DNA of 63,588 bases, filler included, from Globobulimina sp. (GCA_003354225.1; 44 parts of 44 records of this genome joined end to end with filler, not necessarily neighbours in it); one strand, 5' to 3'; positions 11,483 to 23,168 are shown, numbered from the whole stretch's first letter. Translations and numbers: made by a program. Notes: a model not told the origin generated them from the sequence alone.

Positions 11483-12510
11483 TTNNNNNNNNNNNNNNNN
11501 NNNNNNNNNNNNNNNNNNNNNNNNNNNNTTAATTAATTAANNNNNNNNNNNNNNNNNNNNNNNNNNNNNNNNNNNNNNNNNNNNGATACATAAATATCAA
11601 ATGGAAATCAATGATATTAAACAAGGAATTAAATCAAACCCATCGCAAATATTACGCTTATTTTATATTTTTTTGTCAATCAGTATGTTTATTTTATTTT
11701 TTATATTGCGTTAACTGCAAATAATAAATATTTCGCAGCGAAGATATCTGAACGAATTACAAAATCTGTGTGCTGGCCCAAAATGGGCGAACGCAAAGTC
11801 ATCGATTTGTCGTCACCACAGAAATGGGCAGATATTGAAGTTTTATGCTGCAATTTATTTGGGATTGAATATTACATTCAATATATGAATGAAAATAACA
11901 TTTTATTAGAAATTGCAAACTGTGTCTCACCAACAAACAATTGTTTGAGTATAATTCTTAAGAATAAATCTTGGGTTTGAGTATAATTTTAATTTAAATC
12001 TGAAAATTAAACAAATCAATTGAATAAACCGCAATATTTCTTGCATTTTATTATAATTTGGCTGTGATTAAACAAGTATTACAACCATTGATATTACAAA
12101 ATGGATTGAATGAAACATTGAAATTCGAAAGGAAAGGAATTATATCTTAGATCAGCGAATATAACCAAAACAGCCATGAAAGGAATGAAAGTTTGCATAT
12201 TTTATATTCATCGTTTAAATTATTTAAACCAGACACAAAAAATAACCAAATTGAGGAAAATATTGAAAATAAAGAACGAGGATGATTACAAGATTGAGTG
12301 CAAACAGCAAATCGCAAATTGTTCCTGTTTTGAGGAAGAATTGTAATTTTCTAAATATTCGATCAGCAAATTTGTTATTATTAATGGCTTGCTTAAAGTT
12401 AGACGCTCTGCGACCGCCAATATGGCCATTTATTTGATGATGACTTATTTTTTTATTTAAATAAAACCAGCGATAATTATGATAACGAATTTGATGATCA
12501 TTTAGAAAAT

Positions 12511-12932
12511 TTGGAGAGAATTTTTCATTTATCGTGTCCAGCTCACATACGTTTGGATGATGGCGGCGGCTCTCTCCATTTAACTGCGCATAATCAATGG
12601 ATTGAACCCGATACGATTCGAAAATGTGTTTTGCAATATGGCTATGAGGGCGATGCAGATAAATTGGACCCGGACCATTCGTTTATTTACGTCGATGATC
12701 ATATGTATGACCATAATTCCTTCACAATCGGTGACCATTTAATTGCAGACAGCGGCACTTGGGATGAAATCCAGCCGTTAGGTTGCTCCGCGCCCATATA
12801 TAACATTGTAAATATTAAACCGGTGAAGACTGCGAAAAACAATATAAATCGTCAGATACTGAAATTATATGTTAAATTGCCGGAATCAGTGCAGGATTAT
12901 ATGTTGATGGCTGATTTTAACATTGACAAACC
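12511..12932 (+). CDS. Hypothetical protein fragment
   Basis: 140-codon open frame running to the contig end; no recognisable motif. Confidence 0.4.
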
Positions 12933-13032
12933 NNNNNNNNNNNNNNNNNNNNNNNNNNNNNNNNNNNNNNNNNNNNTTAATTAATTAANNNNNNNNNNNN
13001 NNNNNNNNNNNNNNNNNNNNNNNNNNNNNNNN

Positions 13033-13487
13033 CTGGTTTGATATTCGACAAGAAATTTCGTTCCTACGTGGAAGCCAAACGAAATATCGAACAAAAAACT
13101 AAATTTGCACTCGGCGATTTTGTGCGTGTGTCTATTCCAGAAAAAAATCAATTCTTGAAGCGATCGCTCCCAGGTTTTTCGATTGAGACATTCCAGATAA
13201 CCAATGTCAGGCCCACCCTCCCTACTACTTACGTAGTGCAGGACAGCGCTGGAATCCCGGTAGCGGGATATTTTCATGAAAACAACCTACTCGCGATCGA
13301 ACCTAATTATAAGAAGTGGAGAATCGTGGACAAAGTATTGAAGCAGAAAGACAAAAACGGGATTAAAAGATATTTGGTAACGTTTCGAGGCTATTCCCCT
13401 CGCCACAAACGTTGGATTACAGAGAAACTCTACCGAAAACTTTCCTTACCGACGCACAAATATTTTGGTGTTCAAGATGTCGGATAA
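13033..13487 (+). CDS. Polinton retroviral-type integrase, C-terminal SH3-like domain and chromodomain; 5'-partial
   Basis: KFALGDFVRVS...F.KR..P.FS.E.F.I...PTTY...D..G..V.G.F.E..L, then chromodomain IVDKVL...RYLVTFRGY...RWI. Confidence 0.88.
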
Positions 13488-14313
13488 AATATGCGAAAAT
13501 CGAATGCGTTTGCTCTGTAGTACTCACGAAGATGCGAACCTAAACTTCGGCGATGACTCTCAAATGTTAAATAGATGGTACGATCGAGCCGCATTCGTTG
13601 TGATATTTCCGGCTTCTATTATTCTCCCTAAAGATGCCAGTTTCCGCGTTAACGTTCTTTCTGTATCGTTGGACTTTTCGCCTCTGAATGTTGATCCGGA
13701 AGATTGCAAGGTTTACTTCCGTTCAAAAATGACAGTAAACAGAGAATTCGATTATTTTACGGTCGAAGCTGGTCACTATTCGAATATCGAATCGTTGTTG
13801 TTAGCATTAGATAATGTAGCCCCCGTGGGTTTAGAATTTAAAACCACTGTTTTACCTAAGAAAGAAAGGGTCCGTATAACCGTAGCGGGTCGGGGTGGGG
13901 GATTGGTGGTAAAATTCACTCAAAAACTGGCGGATATACTAGGGTTTGATTCAACCGTTACTTATACAAAAGGTACTCACGACGGGGAAAGACTACCCGA
14001 TATCTACTATCATTTTCGACCTCTCTATCTTTGCAGTAGAGCCTTGGCCCAACCCTCTTGGTCTCGAGTGGGCGATATACCTCTGTTGCGTCAAATTATT
14101 GTTCCCGATCCAAGTTGGTACGGTGATAATGGACGTCAAACGGTGGTGCTCAGTAATTCGAAGCAGTGGGTTACGGTACCTAGCGAACGTCTCCACGCCG
14201 TGGACTTCTTTTTTCTACAGTCAGACATGCACTCCGAGCCAAAATTCTTACGAAATTCGGGTGGATGCGTCATTTATTGCGAAATTGTTAGAGAGAAGTT
14301 CTGTTTTCCGTGA
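13477..14313 (+). CDS. Polinton minor capsid protein (penton)-like
   Basis: FVVIFPASIIL...FRVNVLSVS, VEAGHYSNIESLL, LADILGF and PLLRQI match penton motifs; ATG overlaps the integrase end by 11 nt. Confidence 0.75.
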   Translation: MSDKICENRMRLLCSTHEDANLNFGDDSQMLNRWYDRAAFVVIFPASIILPKDASFRVNVLSVSLDFSPLNVDPEDCKVYFRSKMTVNREFDYFTVEAGHYSNIESLLLALDNVAPVGLEFKTTVLPKKERVRITVAGRGGGLVVKFTQKLADILGFDSTVTYTKGTHDGERLPDIYYHFRPLYLCSRALAQPSWSRVGDIPLLRQIIVPDPSWYGDNGRQTVVLSNSKQWVTVPSERLHAVDFFFLQSDMHSEPKFLRNSGGCVIYCEIVREKFCFP

Positions 14314-14549
14314 TTATTGTTATTATTGTGTAATGTGTCTTGCGGTGATGGGTGTGTAGTCATGGCCGATAGTGAAAGTGNNNNNNNNNNNNNNNNNNNN
14401 NNNNNNNNNNNNNNNNNNNNNNNNTTAATTAATTAANNNNNNNNNNNNNNNNNNNNNNNNNNNNNNNNNNNNNNNNNNNNATGTAACGCTACGCGGGATA
14501 GAGAATGAGCAATTTGAAATATAACATCAACAATTTTTACATGAATAGA

Positions 14550-15023
14550 CTATAAAGAAAGAAAACAAATGATCAGAAACAAGGATGCCATTAAAAATCC
14601 AATTTCAACCTTCAATGCAGTTTCATCCCAAATCGTTGAAATTTGGATGATTTCAACGACAGCAGCAACGATGAAAAAGCCCAAAACTTTTGCAAACCAT
14701 CTCAAATACTTTGAATTGAATTTGGCAATGCAAAATGACACCATACACAAAAATAATCCAAAGAATTTGGTCATGAGCAACAGTGCTTGTGTATTTCCAA
14801 TGTCTGCAATCATTTCATGTTTGAAATGTGTGTCTAACCACATTAATGGGAACATGTACGCATTAAGCCCCACAATTAATGTTTTGCAAATGAGAAATGC
14901 TTTGATTTTGTTTGAGATTGATTCCGACGACAAAATGGATCCAATACTTTTCATATAAATAACTGAGAGTACGAATGCTGTCACATCGACGGATGCTCCC
15001 CAGACCAAATACTCGTTTTCCAT
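14550..15023 (-). CDS. Multi-pass membrane protein of unknown function
   Basis: 157 aa, about five hydrophobic helices. Confidence 0.55.
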   Translation of the reverse strand: MENEYLVWGASVDVTAFVLSVIYMKSIGSILSSESISNKIKAFLICKTLIVGLNAYMFPLMWLDTHFKHEMIADIGNTQALLLMTKFFGLFLCMVSFCIAKFNSKYLRWFAKVLGFFIVAAVVEIIQISTIWDETALKVEIGFLMASLFLIICFLSL

Positions 15024-15109
15024 GTTTTTGTTTTGTTTTGACTTTTAAGACTATTATTGGATTCATAATCCGGCGATTCAATTAATATTACTTATCAAAA
15101 CACTTTGAA

Positions 15110-15634
15110 ATGAGTATGAATTTGCAATCGATTAACCTTCACACCTTTGAGTGTACAATGGTGATGTATGTGGCAACTCTGTTTGCCTTATTCGGGATGG
15201 ATCAATTTGCAGAAAATGTCATCGATCGAGTCACTTTATTTGTGACAACCCTGTATGTTTTGTTTGCCATGTGTTTCTCGGTCATGGATGGACTTTATGA
15301 ACGCCATTATCACATGACACCAAATCGGAAAGTGCCACATTTTCTGAAGAAAACCAATGGGTTGTATCAAACTGTGTTGCGCAAAGAAAGGAAACAATTT
15401 GGTGAGAAAGTGAAAGACATTATTCCCTGGCAGCAAATTCAACGGGCAATGTTCGTAGTTTTGTTGAATTTATTAATATCATCTCTGGTAATGAAAATTA
15501 TGGTTAGTTATTGTGGGTTGGAATCATTTCTTAAATGCAAAATAAGTGAGTATGATCGACTGCAAGATTACACAGAGATTTGTGACAAAGTTTGGAGGGA
15601 TCCATTGACCCGTATCAACTGTCTGTTTTCTTAA
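15110..15634 (+). CDS. Membrane protein of unknown function
   Basis: 174 aa, about three hydrophobic segments; divergent from the previous gene. Confidence 0.5.
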   Translation: MSMNLQSINLHTFECTMVMYVATLFALFGMDQFAENVIDRVTLFVTTLYVLFAMCFSVMDGLYERHYHMTPNRKVPHFLKKTNGLYQTVLRKERKQFGEKVKDIIPWQQIQRAMFVVLLNLLISSLVMKIMVSYCGLESFLKCKISEYDRLQDYTEICDKVWRDPLTRINCLFS

Positions 15635-15928
15635 ATTATCATCTTTTTTTCTTGTTATTTGTTTTATATGGAATTAAATTGAATTATTATTTTTTCATAA
15701 CCGAACTGCATATCTTACACGGAAAATAATGTACAGTTTTCAGTACTCAAAGTACAGTTTTTTCCTGGTGTGTTTTTGTTGTGTCTTGAATTTCAAAGAC
15801 AAAGACAAACAACAAATTGGTTACATATNNNNNNNNNNNNNNNNNNNNNNNNNNNNNNNNNNNNNNNNNNNNTTAATTAATTAANNNNNNNNNNNNNNNN
15901 NNNNNNNNNNNNNNNNNNNNNNNNNNNN

Positions 15929-17276
15929 TGTTATTTGTGGTGCTATTGAGTTTGCCGGTGGCACCGAGGCACAGGTTTTCCCGATTATCGATGAGACAAT
16001 CCGTAGCAACACAGCAGACAGAGTCGCAACATTTATCCGCCGTTTTGTCCAACAAATCTTGTGCGTATTTCCGGTGGCTCAGCATGCTGGCATCAGATGC
16101 TTTGTTTTGCCGTTTGAGACTTGATTTGTAATCGCGATTCAAACGGTGTTGTATGGAGTAAAATGCATTGCTTTCAGTCCTTGCGAGGAATGACGAATTT
16201 GCTGCGTTATGAGCTGTTTGATTGTGTATTGGATTTGAGTTAAAATCGTCAGAAATGCCATCCAAATCATGATCAATCAAGTTTTCCTCGTATAGGAAAT
16301 CTGGGAAACATTTCAAATACATTTCTTGTATTTTATCTGTACATACTAAGACACTCAGAAAGTTGTCGATTTTGTTGAAGAAATGCGCCTCCATTTTCCA
16401 AAATTGTTTAGGTCCATCGTACACATTCGAGCGTAATAAGTCGATGCAATGTGTTATGTTTATGGCATCCTGATATATCGCAGTAGCTTCTGCATTATCC
16501 GCCTGTATACAAAGCATTTGTTTATACATTTATAAATTGCATATTATCACTACAAAACATACATATTCAGATACAATGAGCTGCACAATATCCATCGATA
16601 AATGATACCTCGATATAATATGTGAATGAATGCGTAAAGTATCTATATATTTCATTAAATACTCCGACTCCAGATTCAAATGCCATACATCATCTTCTTG
16701 CTGCGATTTACGTTTCACTTCATCGAAAAAGTGCTCCTAAATATCAAAAAACAAAAATAAAATGATTTTCAACGTCAGAAAGTTACTAATTTTCGCACAA
16801 TGCACCTGGATATTATTTAAAAACCAACATTCGACCAACAACTCAATCTGCAGCACATCCATAACCACCAATTCCTTCCCTTCGATCCTATACTGCCAGA
16901 ATACCGATGCAAAATGTTTTAGTTGATGTTCGTCGCCATTCTCATCCGTAAACACAGCGTCTTCAATGGCAGCGACAACATTTTGCCACGACCACAAATC
17001 CATGGGAATGCACAGATTTTTATCTTTAGGTTGCATGATATTCCGTATACCTTTACATTCACAACAACTTTCCCCAAAACATGCTCTGGTGAACTTGCAT
17101 AAGCAGCAACAAATATATCTGCAGCAGCCATCTTTGATGATAATATCTTGCGGCTTAAAATTTTCTATCCATCGCTTCATTTCTTCTCTGGTTGCCACAG
17201 TTTTTAATTGTTCCTCGGAGCAATTTTCTGGCTGAAAAGCAGTGGATACAGCGATTTTTTGTGCGAGCTGCGATCT
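15929..17276 (-). CDS. Spliced gene: Cys-rich region plus SAM-like domain (exons ~17276-16806, 16736-16563, 16502-15929), partial
   Basis: Three track ORFs share one frame and are joined by GT-AG introns at 16737-16805 and 16503-16562; WSWQNVV...FASVF..YRIEGKEL is SAM-like. Confidence 0.7.
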
Positions 17277-17779
17277 NNNNNNNNNNNNNNNNNNNNNNNN
17301 NNNNNNNNNNNNNNNNNNNNTTAATTAATTAANNNNNNNNNNNNNNNNNNNNNNNNNNNNNNNNNNNNNNNNNNNNAAAATGCAAAACAACGATATAATG
17401 AGAATAATAAAAATAAAAATGATAAAAACAATAACTTGTATGAAAGAAAAATAAAATGGCTGAGTGAACAGAAAATTGATGATGAACAAGATTCAAATTT
17501 TGTAAAGAATGAAAAACACAGCATTGATTTACCTTAGTTTAACTTTATAAGTATTTTACGGCGTAGCAGTGGTCTCCAAACTAGTTAAAGTCTTCAATCC
17601 TCTTACTTGAGTTACTTCAATCAGCTTACGCCAACGTAGGACAAAGTGCACATAGTGGTTCTAGAACCCTTACAATCAGATGGCATTATGAAGTGACAAC
17701 TCAAGCGATATAATTTTGTTTTTTATATTATATTATAAAGTCTATATGAAATAAATAATGAATAATGTCAGCAATTTTA

Positions 17780-18724
17780 TTATTTATTAGGTGTTGGGTC
17801 AGGCGTAGGTATCCAAGTTGGGTCAGGTGTTGGATAAAATGTAGGACTAAATAAAGGAGATGCAGTTGGACTGAATGTTGGCATATCCGTTGGTTCAATT
17901 GTTGGAATATATGTTGGGTTTTGTGTTGGTTCAATTGTTGGGATATTTGTTGGATTTTGTGTTGGTTCAATTGTTGGGATATTTGTTGGAATTTCTGTCG
18001 GTTCAATTGTTGGAATATATGTTGGATTTTGTGTTGGTGCGAATGTTGGATTTGATGTTGGATAATTACTTGGTGTAAATGTCGGATTTTGTGTTGGTAT
18101 AAATGTTGGATTTATTGTGGGTTCTGTTGTTGGTGGATCTGTCGGATTGTATGTTGGTATTAACGTTGGTATTCGTGTCGGATATATTGTTGGTTCCGTT
18201 GTTGGGTAATTTGTTGGTTCAATGGTTGGTTCATTTGTATATTGTCTCATAAACAGTGGTAAGTAACAATTAAAAAAATTATTATTTGCCTCATTAATTA
18301 CAAGAGATTTGGATTGATCTCGAATATTAATATAACACATTTCAAAGTTATCATTTATTTCTTGATTGGATGATAATAATATTTTATATATTTCTTCATT
18401 GATTTGTATTGCAGATAAAATATCACTTATCGTCAAATTTGTATTAGGAATAAATTGTAAAATGGATTCATCCGTTACATCAATACCTGATACATAGCCA
18501 TTATATGATTGTAGATTTGTAATATTATTATTATTTCCATTCAGCATTATATGACTATGCAATATATTTACACCTTTCGTATTTGCATTCATTGTACAAG
18601 CTGCTAATGGTGATGTATTGGATAGATTTGCAATCGAAATATCAATAATTTCTGCATTTTCAATGAAATCAAATGTTATTCCACTTACCCCTTTATTTGG
18701 ATTTGCGCCTTCAAAATTATAACA
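17780..18724 (-). CDS. PT-repeat mucin-like extracellular protein, 5'-partial
   Basis: Frame open from the contig edge; long array of xxPT tetrapeptides. Confidence 0.75.
   Translation of the reverse strand, partial: CYNFEGANPNKGVSGITFDFIENAEIIDISIANLSNTSPLAACTMNANTKGVNILHSHIMLNGNNNNITNLQSYNGYVSGIDVTDESILQFIPNTNLTISDILSAIQINEEIYKILLSSNQEINDNFEMCYINIRDQSKSLVINEANNNFFNCYLPLFMRQYTNEPTIEPTNYPTTEPTIYPTRIPTLIPTYNPTDPPTTEPTINPTFIPTQNPTFTPSNYPTSNPTFAPTQNPTYIPTIEPTEIPTNIPTIEPTQNPTNIPTIEPTQNPTYIPTIEPTDMPTFSPTASPLFSPTFYPTPDPTWIPTPDPTPNK
17790..18235 (-). repeat. Coding 12-bp tandem repeat (xxPT units)
   Basis: GTTGG/GTCGG recurs every 12 nt on the + strand. Confidence 0.9.
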
Positions 18725-19319
18725 NNNNNNNNNNNNNNNNNNNNNNNNNNNNNNNNNNNNNNNNNNNNTTAATTAATTAANNNNNNNNNNNNNNNNNNNN
18801 NNNNNNNNNNNNNNNNNNNNNNNNACACATTAAACATTAAACAGTCACACATTAAACATTCCGTGTCTAAAAAAAAACTTACATTAACATGCGGTAGTGT
18901 GCATTTATTGTCACCATGTCTGCACCTAGAGATATCTGAGCCAATTCATTGTGTGCATTTAATCAAAATAAAGAATCTCTATTGATCAGATCTTGTATAT
19001 TTTAATCGTATCGTGTCGTAAAGAGTTTTTATGGAGTTTTGGTCGTTTTTGTGTATTATTAAACATACGAAGAAAACAAAACAAGTTTGATGAAATTGGA
19101 TCAATACAGATTTCTTATTTAGATTAAAAGGATAAGTTTATGATATTGGAATGGACTGAGCGTTGTTTGATGACAAAAAAAATGCACACTGCTATATGGC
19201 ACTGAGCCTGATATTATTTAAAATAATTATATAGAGAAACAATATTATTGTAAAGTAAATACATAAATATGTAGTCAATATAGATGCTGTTACCCTGGAA
19301 TAGTATGGATGCGATATCT

Positions 19320-19934
19320 CTAATATTTATGTATGATATTATTGGTTATATAAAAATGTAGAAACACTCGAAAATAATTGCACAACGACCTTAAATCCGT
19401 ATCAGGTCGTTTTGGATGTTGACACTTAAATACTTTACAATATTTGTCTGCATATTTAATAGTCGGAGAGGTGAATATTTGATTAGGATCAAATAATTCC
19501 TTCTCCTTTGTATATTTATTTATTCTTCGAATTTTTTTTTTAATCCGACCCGTATCCACTCTTATTCCAAGTTGTTTGCCTTTGTTTGTGGTATCGCCTA
19601 TTTTGTGAATATTAATAATTAAATGTAAAATAAAATATATTATAAACTTGCCTGGTTTTAATAAGACAGTGCCTGCTTTAATAATAGAAAAGATTGCATC
19701 TTTACTGGTACCATGATAGCAAACATGCCAGTCTTTGAATACATTGTTCATTTCTGCTTTGGCTGTATTGACCCTTAAAGCAAACCTAACCCAACCAAGT
19801 GGCAAAGCATATTTTTTACGTGGCGTTCCACGATAATATATTTCATCATCTTTCCTTTCTGCATGGCAGTTATCACAAAAACACAGATTATTTTTAAAAT
19901 CAAAAGTAGAATCTGGTATTTTGATATGCTTTTT
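19320..19934 (-). CDS. NEURL4 C-terminal-like ADP-ribosyltransferase (PARP-like) domain protein, spliced, partial
   Basis: CFCDNCH...RGTP.KKYALPLGWVRFAL...WHVCYHGT...IFTSPTIKY; GC-AG intron at 19598-19651; ends uncertain. Confidence 0.8.
   Translation of the reverse strand, partial: KKHIKIPDSTFDFKNNLCFCDNCHAERKDDEIYYRGTPRKKYALPLGWVRFALRVNTAKAEMNNVFKDWHVCYHGTSKDAIFSIIKAGTVLLKPGKFIIYFILHLIINIHKIGDTTNKGKQLGIRVDTGRIKKKIRRINKYTKEKELFDPNQIFTSPTIKYADKYCKVFKCQHPKRPDTDLRSLCNYFRVFLHFYITNNIIHKY
19598..19651 (-). other. 54-nt GC-AG spliceosomal intron
   Basis: CAG|GCAAGT...AAATAG|; removal gives LLKPGDTT, matching LLKSGDTT in the paralog at ~51.8 kb. Confidence 0.85.
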
Positions 19935-20272
19935 CCTAATTAATTAAGCTATATAAATCAAATGTTTGACATTTGCATTCTAATTCCTCTGTTTGCAATA
20001 TATGCAATTGCAATATATCACGTTTTTCTTCTTTTTCTTCGTTTTCTTCGTTTTCTTCTTTTTGTTTTATTTTTGAATAATTTTGTTTTGGTTTAGATTT
20101 GAATTTTTCTGATATTAGCTCTTTTTTCATCTTTCTATTTTTATATTGAAAATATACTGTCATTGCAATCACNNNNNNNNNNNNNNNNNNNNNNNNNNNN
20201 NNNNNNNNNNNNNNNNTTAATTAATTAANNNNNNNNNNNNNNNNNNNNNNNNNNNNNNNNNNNNNNNNNNNN

Positions 20273-21619
20273 TTCTGCCTGCTCTGCCGAGCCACAAGGT
20301 AAGTTATGATCACTGAAGCTCCAACCCCCTGAGCCATAAATATCAACATTATTTTCGTTGAAGTTGAAAAATTCTTCACCGGTTTGGAAGAGGGCGTCCG
20401 TCTTGGACGCGGCAATTTGCATTCGATAGCCTGGTCCAAATATCCAGCAATAACCAGAACTCGTACCATCTTCATTGAAGCCCAGCCTCGTTATCGGAAA
20501 TTTGCTTTTATGCTTAACAGCACCAGCTATTTGCATGTAACCTAAATCATATACGGACCGAACCGCCCAGGTAAAAAAGTCGTCCATCCACGGTGATATT
20601 GATGGCGCCATATAAATATAGGGGTGAACCGTACCATATTGATTTGGGGGGTTGTCAACATAGAGATGTTCGTATTCCTGTATGTTGTTAGACAGGATTG
20701 TCTCAAAATATATTTTTAACGAATGGCTATCTGGCGTAAATGCTGCTGTGCGTGCAAGTTCTCGCAAAACCCAGGCTTGGGCTCTAGTCTGGTAGTCATA
20801 TGCAATCAGGCCTTTATCATATTGTCTGGTTGCTGGGTTTTTGTGGAAGATAGACCAAGTTGCCCAAAAGTGCATTTCTTCTATGTGAAAATAGTCGCCT
20901 GTGACGAGGTAGGGGACAAAAGAAAGAGAAGGTTGATGTGCTGCGTCCGGGATGTTAGCTGATTTGCAAGTTGTATTTTCTAGTTCACACGACCGAGGCT
21001 TTTCATCGAAATTGGTGTTGGGGTTTATCATTTTTGTTACATTTGGGTGTGTGGTCAAGTATGGGTGTTCGGTAATAGTGACGGGCAGGTTCGTCGATCT
21101 CTTTCTGAAATGGATGGGAAATGATGCGGATAAATCAGAGTGAGCGATGGTGATTGATTTCATCAATTGAGATTGAGAAAGGAGGTAAGCTGCGGTCCAT
21201 TGAGGCAGTGGCCCAATGTCTATTCTGCCGCCTGCCATGCCCATTATGTTGTTTATCATTCCGGTGCCCATCGGGCCTAGAGTTTCAATAGTAAATTTCA
21301 GTGCGCCGCTGCTAGAGCAATTTGTGCCGTACCCGCCTGACGATGTCACGCATAAATCGACCGTCTCATTTGTCCAGTTGCTTTGGTAGTTGCTAAGGGT
21401 TGTGCTGGAAATATTTTCTACTAATGATAGATCATAACTTGGTATAGATTTGGTTAGTATTAGTGTTTTTACATTATGTTGTATATGTGTGTTAGGTGGT
21501 GAACCAGACCAGAGTGTTTTTCTCCACCTGGCGTGCTGGAAATGATTGATATTTGATGCAGAGTAGCGTTGCTGATTGTTAACTATAATTTGTGTGTTGT
21601 ATTCAATGTTTGATGGGTT
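20273..21619 (-). CDS. Large bacterial protein, possibly exo-rhamnogalacturonan-lyase/YetA-like; partial at both ends
   Basis: Whole contig is one open frame; GGRIDIGPLPQW, DAAHQPSLSFVPYLVTGD, QTRAQAWVLR and PWMDDFF motifs. Confidence 0.55.
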
Positions 21620-21720
21620 GNNNNNNNNNNNNNNNNNNNNNNNNNNNNNNNNNNNNNNNNNNNNTTAATTAATTAANNNNNNNNNNNNNNNNNNNNNNNN
21701 NNNNNNNNNNNNNNNNNNNN

Positions 21721-22211
21721 AATTGTGTTTGCGAATTATTTGAGTGAGCCCAATGATTTGCAATTCCCTGACTTCTAAATAACGGAGCTTCAAGATTTAC
21801 TTTCATGATTTTATTATACGAATCCCGTTTAAATTCTGCACAATCTCCTTCTATAAATATACCTGCATTATTCACCAAAGCATCAGCATGTAAATCAATT
21901 AATGCTTGGATTACTTTCTTTTGATCTGAAATTAAAGCCAAGTCAGCTACTACAATATGACAACTATATTGTTTTTGTATATTTTTTAATTGTTCGACAT
22001 CTCCAATAGCAATAACTTTGCCCCCTTCGCATGTTATTCTTTTCACCATTTCACGACCAAAACCACCATAGGCGCCGGTTATAGCTATTATACGTTTGGA
22101 GAAACGATTACTGCCACGATATAAATCACCACTATTTGTTTTTTGTTCACTATTTGGCTGTTCATCGTCACTGCTATCGTCTTTTGGTCGTTTGTTTACT
22201 TTGTGTGCCAT
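21721..22211 (-). CDS. Short-chain dehydrogenase/reductase, 3'-partial
   Basis: ITGAYGGFG (TGxxxGxG), ADL, LVNNAG and VNL motifs. Confidence 0.88.
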
Positions 22212-22446
22212 AATAAGTGTAAAGTGAAAAATTGCTGTGTGGATTGTTGGGATTATGGCTCTTCAGCACATTCTCGGACAATGACAAGTTTCAAAAAAAC
22301 AATAAAAATAAACACTAATTAAAGCACAAAACAATCAGTATACAATCACAACTTACAATTTATATAGAAACTGCGTGATTAGAAAGGTAAAAAAAATAGA
22401 AATAGAAATGAAAATAGTACAAAGAAATAAAAAATTAAAATTAAAA

Positions 22447-23068
22447 TTAACAGCAGCAACAAGATAGTGAATTAAAAAAATGTATGAGTTTGTTACAAAT
22501 GTTATTACAACAACAAATTGAATGTATCTGATTTATATCATCGTCAATAAATTGTCCAATTGAATGATAAATACCACATAAATTGTGATCAATGTTTGTG
22601 AGTCCAAATAATTTATTTGTAACACCAATAATTTTATTATTATTTGTCGTAATCATAGAAATATATTCAGAAGATATATTTTGTGTTAATGACAAATATA
22701 TAATTTGTTTTTTTAGATTTTTTTGTGTTTCATCAAACCAAAAGTGTGATGTTAGTTCGTTTATCTCTTGTTTTATACACATTTGTTTGATGGGAATGGT
22801 AAAATAATTGTCCGTGTCCTTAGAATTATTAATTTTATTCACTTTAAATTCATATATTTTCAAGGTTCCATCAACAGTTTGTGCCGAAATGCGTAATGTA
22901 TTATTCGTTTGCAACAATATCTGTGTTAACTGACTATTTGTATATTGCCCATAAATAATAACATTCTCACCACCCAAAAACATATCTTTTATATTACCAT
23001 TTGAAGGATATAAATGAATATATTTATTATCAACAATGCCATCCTCAAAACACAAATCTTTCAAAATG
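22447..23068 (-). CDS. C-terminal part of a VIT/vWA (inter-alpha-trypsin-inhibitor-like) protein
   Basis: DMFLGGENVIIYG and IIYLSLTQNISSEYISMI resemble the post-vWA region. Confidence 0.5.
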
Positions 23069-23168
23069 NNNNNNNNNNNNNNNNNNNNNNNNNNNNNNNN
23101 NNNNNNNNNNNNTTAATTAATTAANNNNNNNNNNNNNNNNNNNNNNNNNNNNNNNNNNNNNNNNNNNN

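Larger units (their letters stand above)
13033..14380 (+). mobile_element. Polinton/Maverick (adintovirus-like) element fragment
   Basis: Integrase C-terminus directly overlapping a penton-like gene; higher GC than host contigs; compact and intronless. Confidence 0.85.

Noticed and set aside
16529-16737. Stop-codon readthrough or an alternative genetic code, suggested by in-frame ORFs abutting across stops
   Set aside because: The stops fall inside canonical GT-AG introns whose lengths are multiples of three
17560-17633. tRNA gene
   Set aside because: An acceptor-like stem and the right length, but no TTC T-loop or convincing D and anticodon arms
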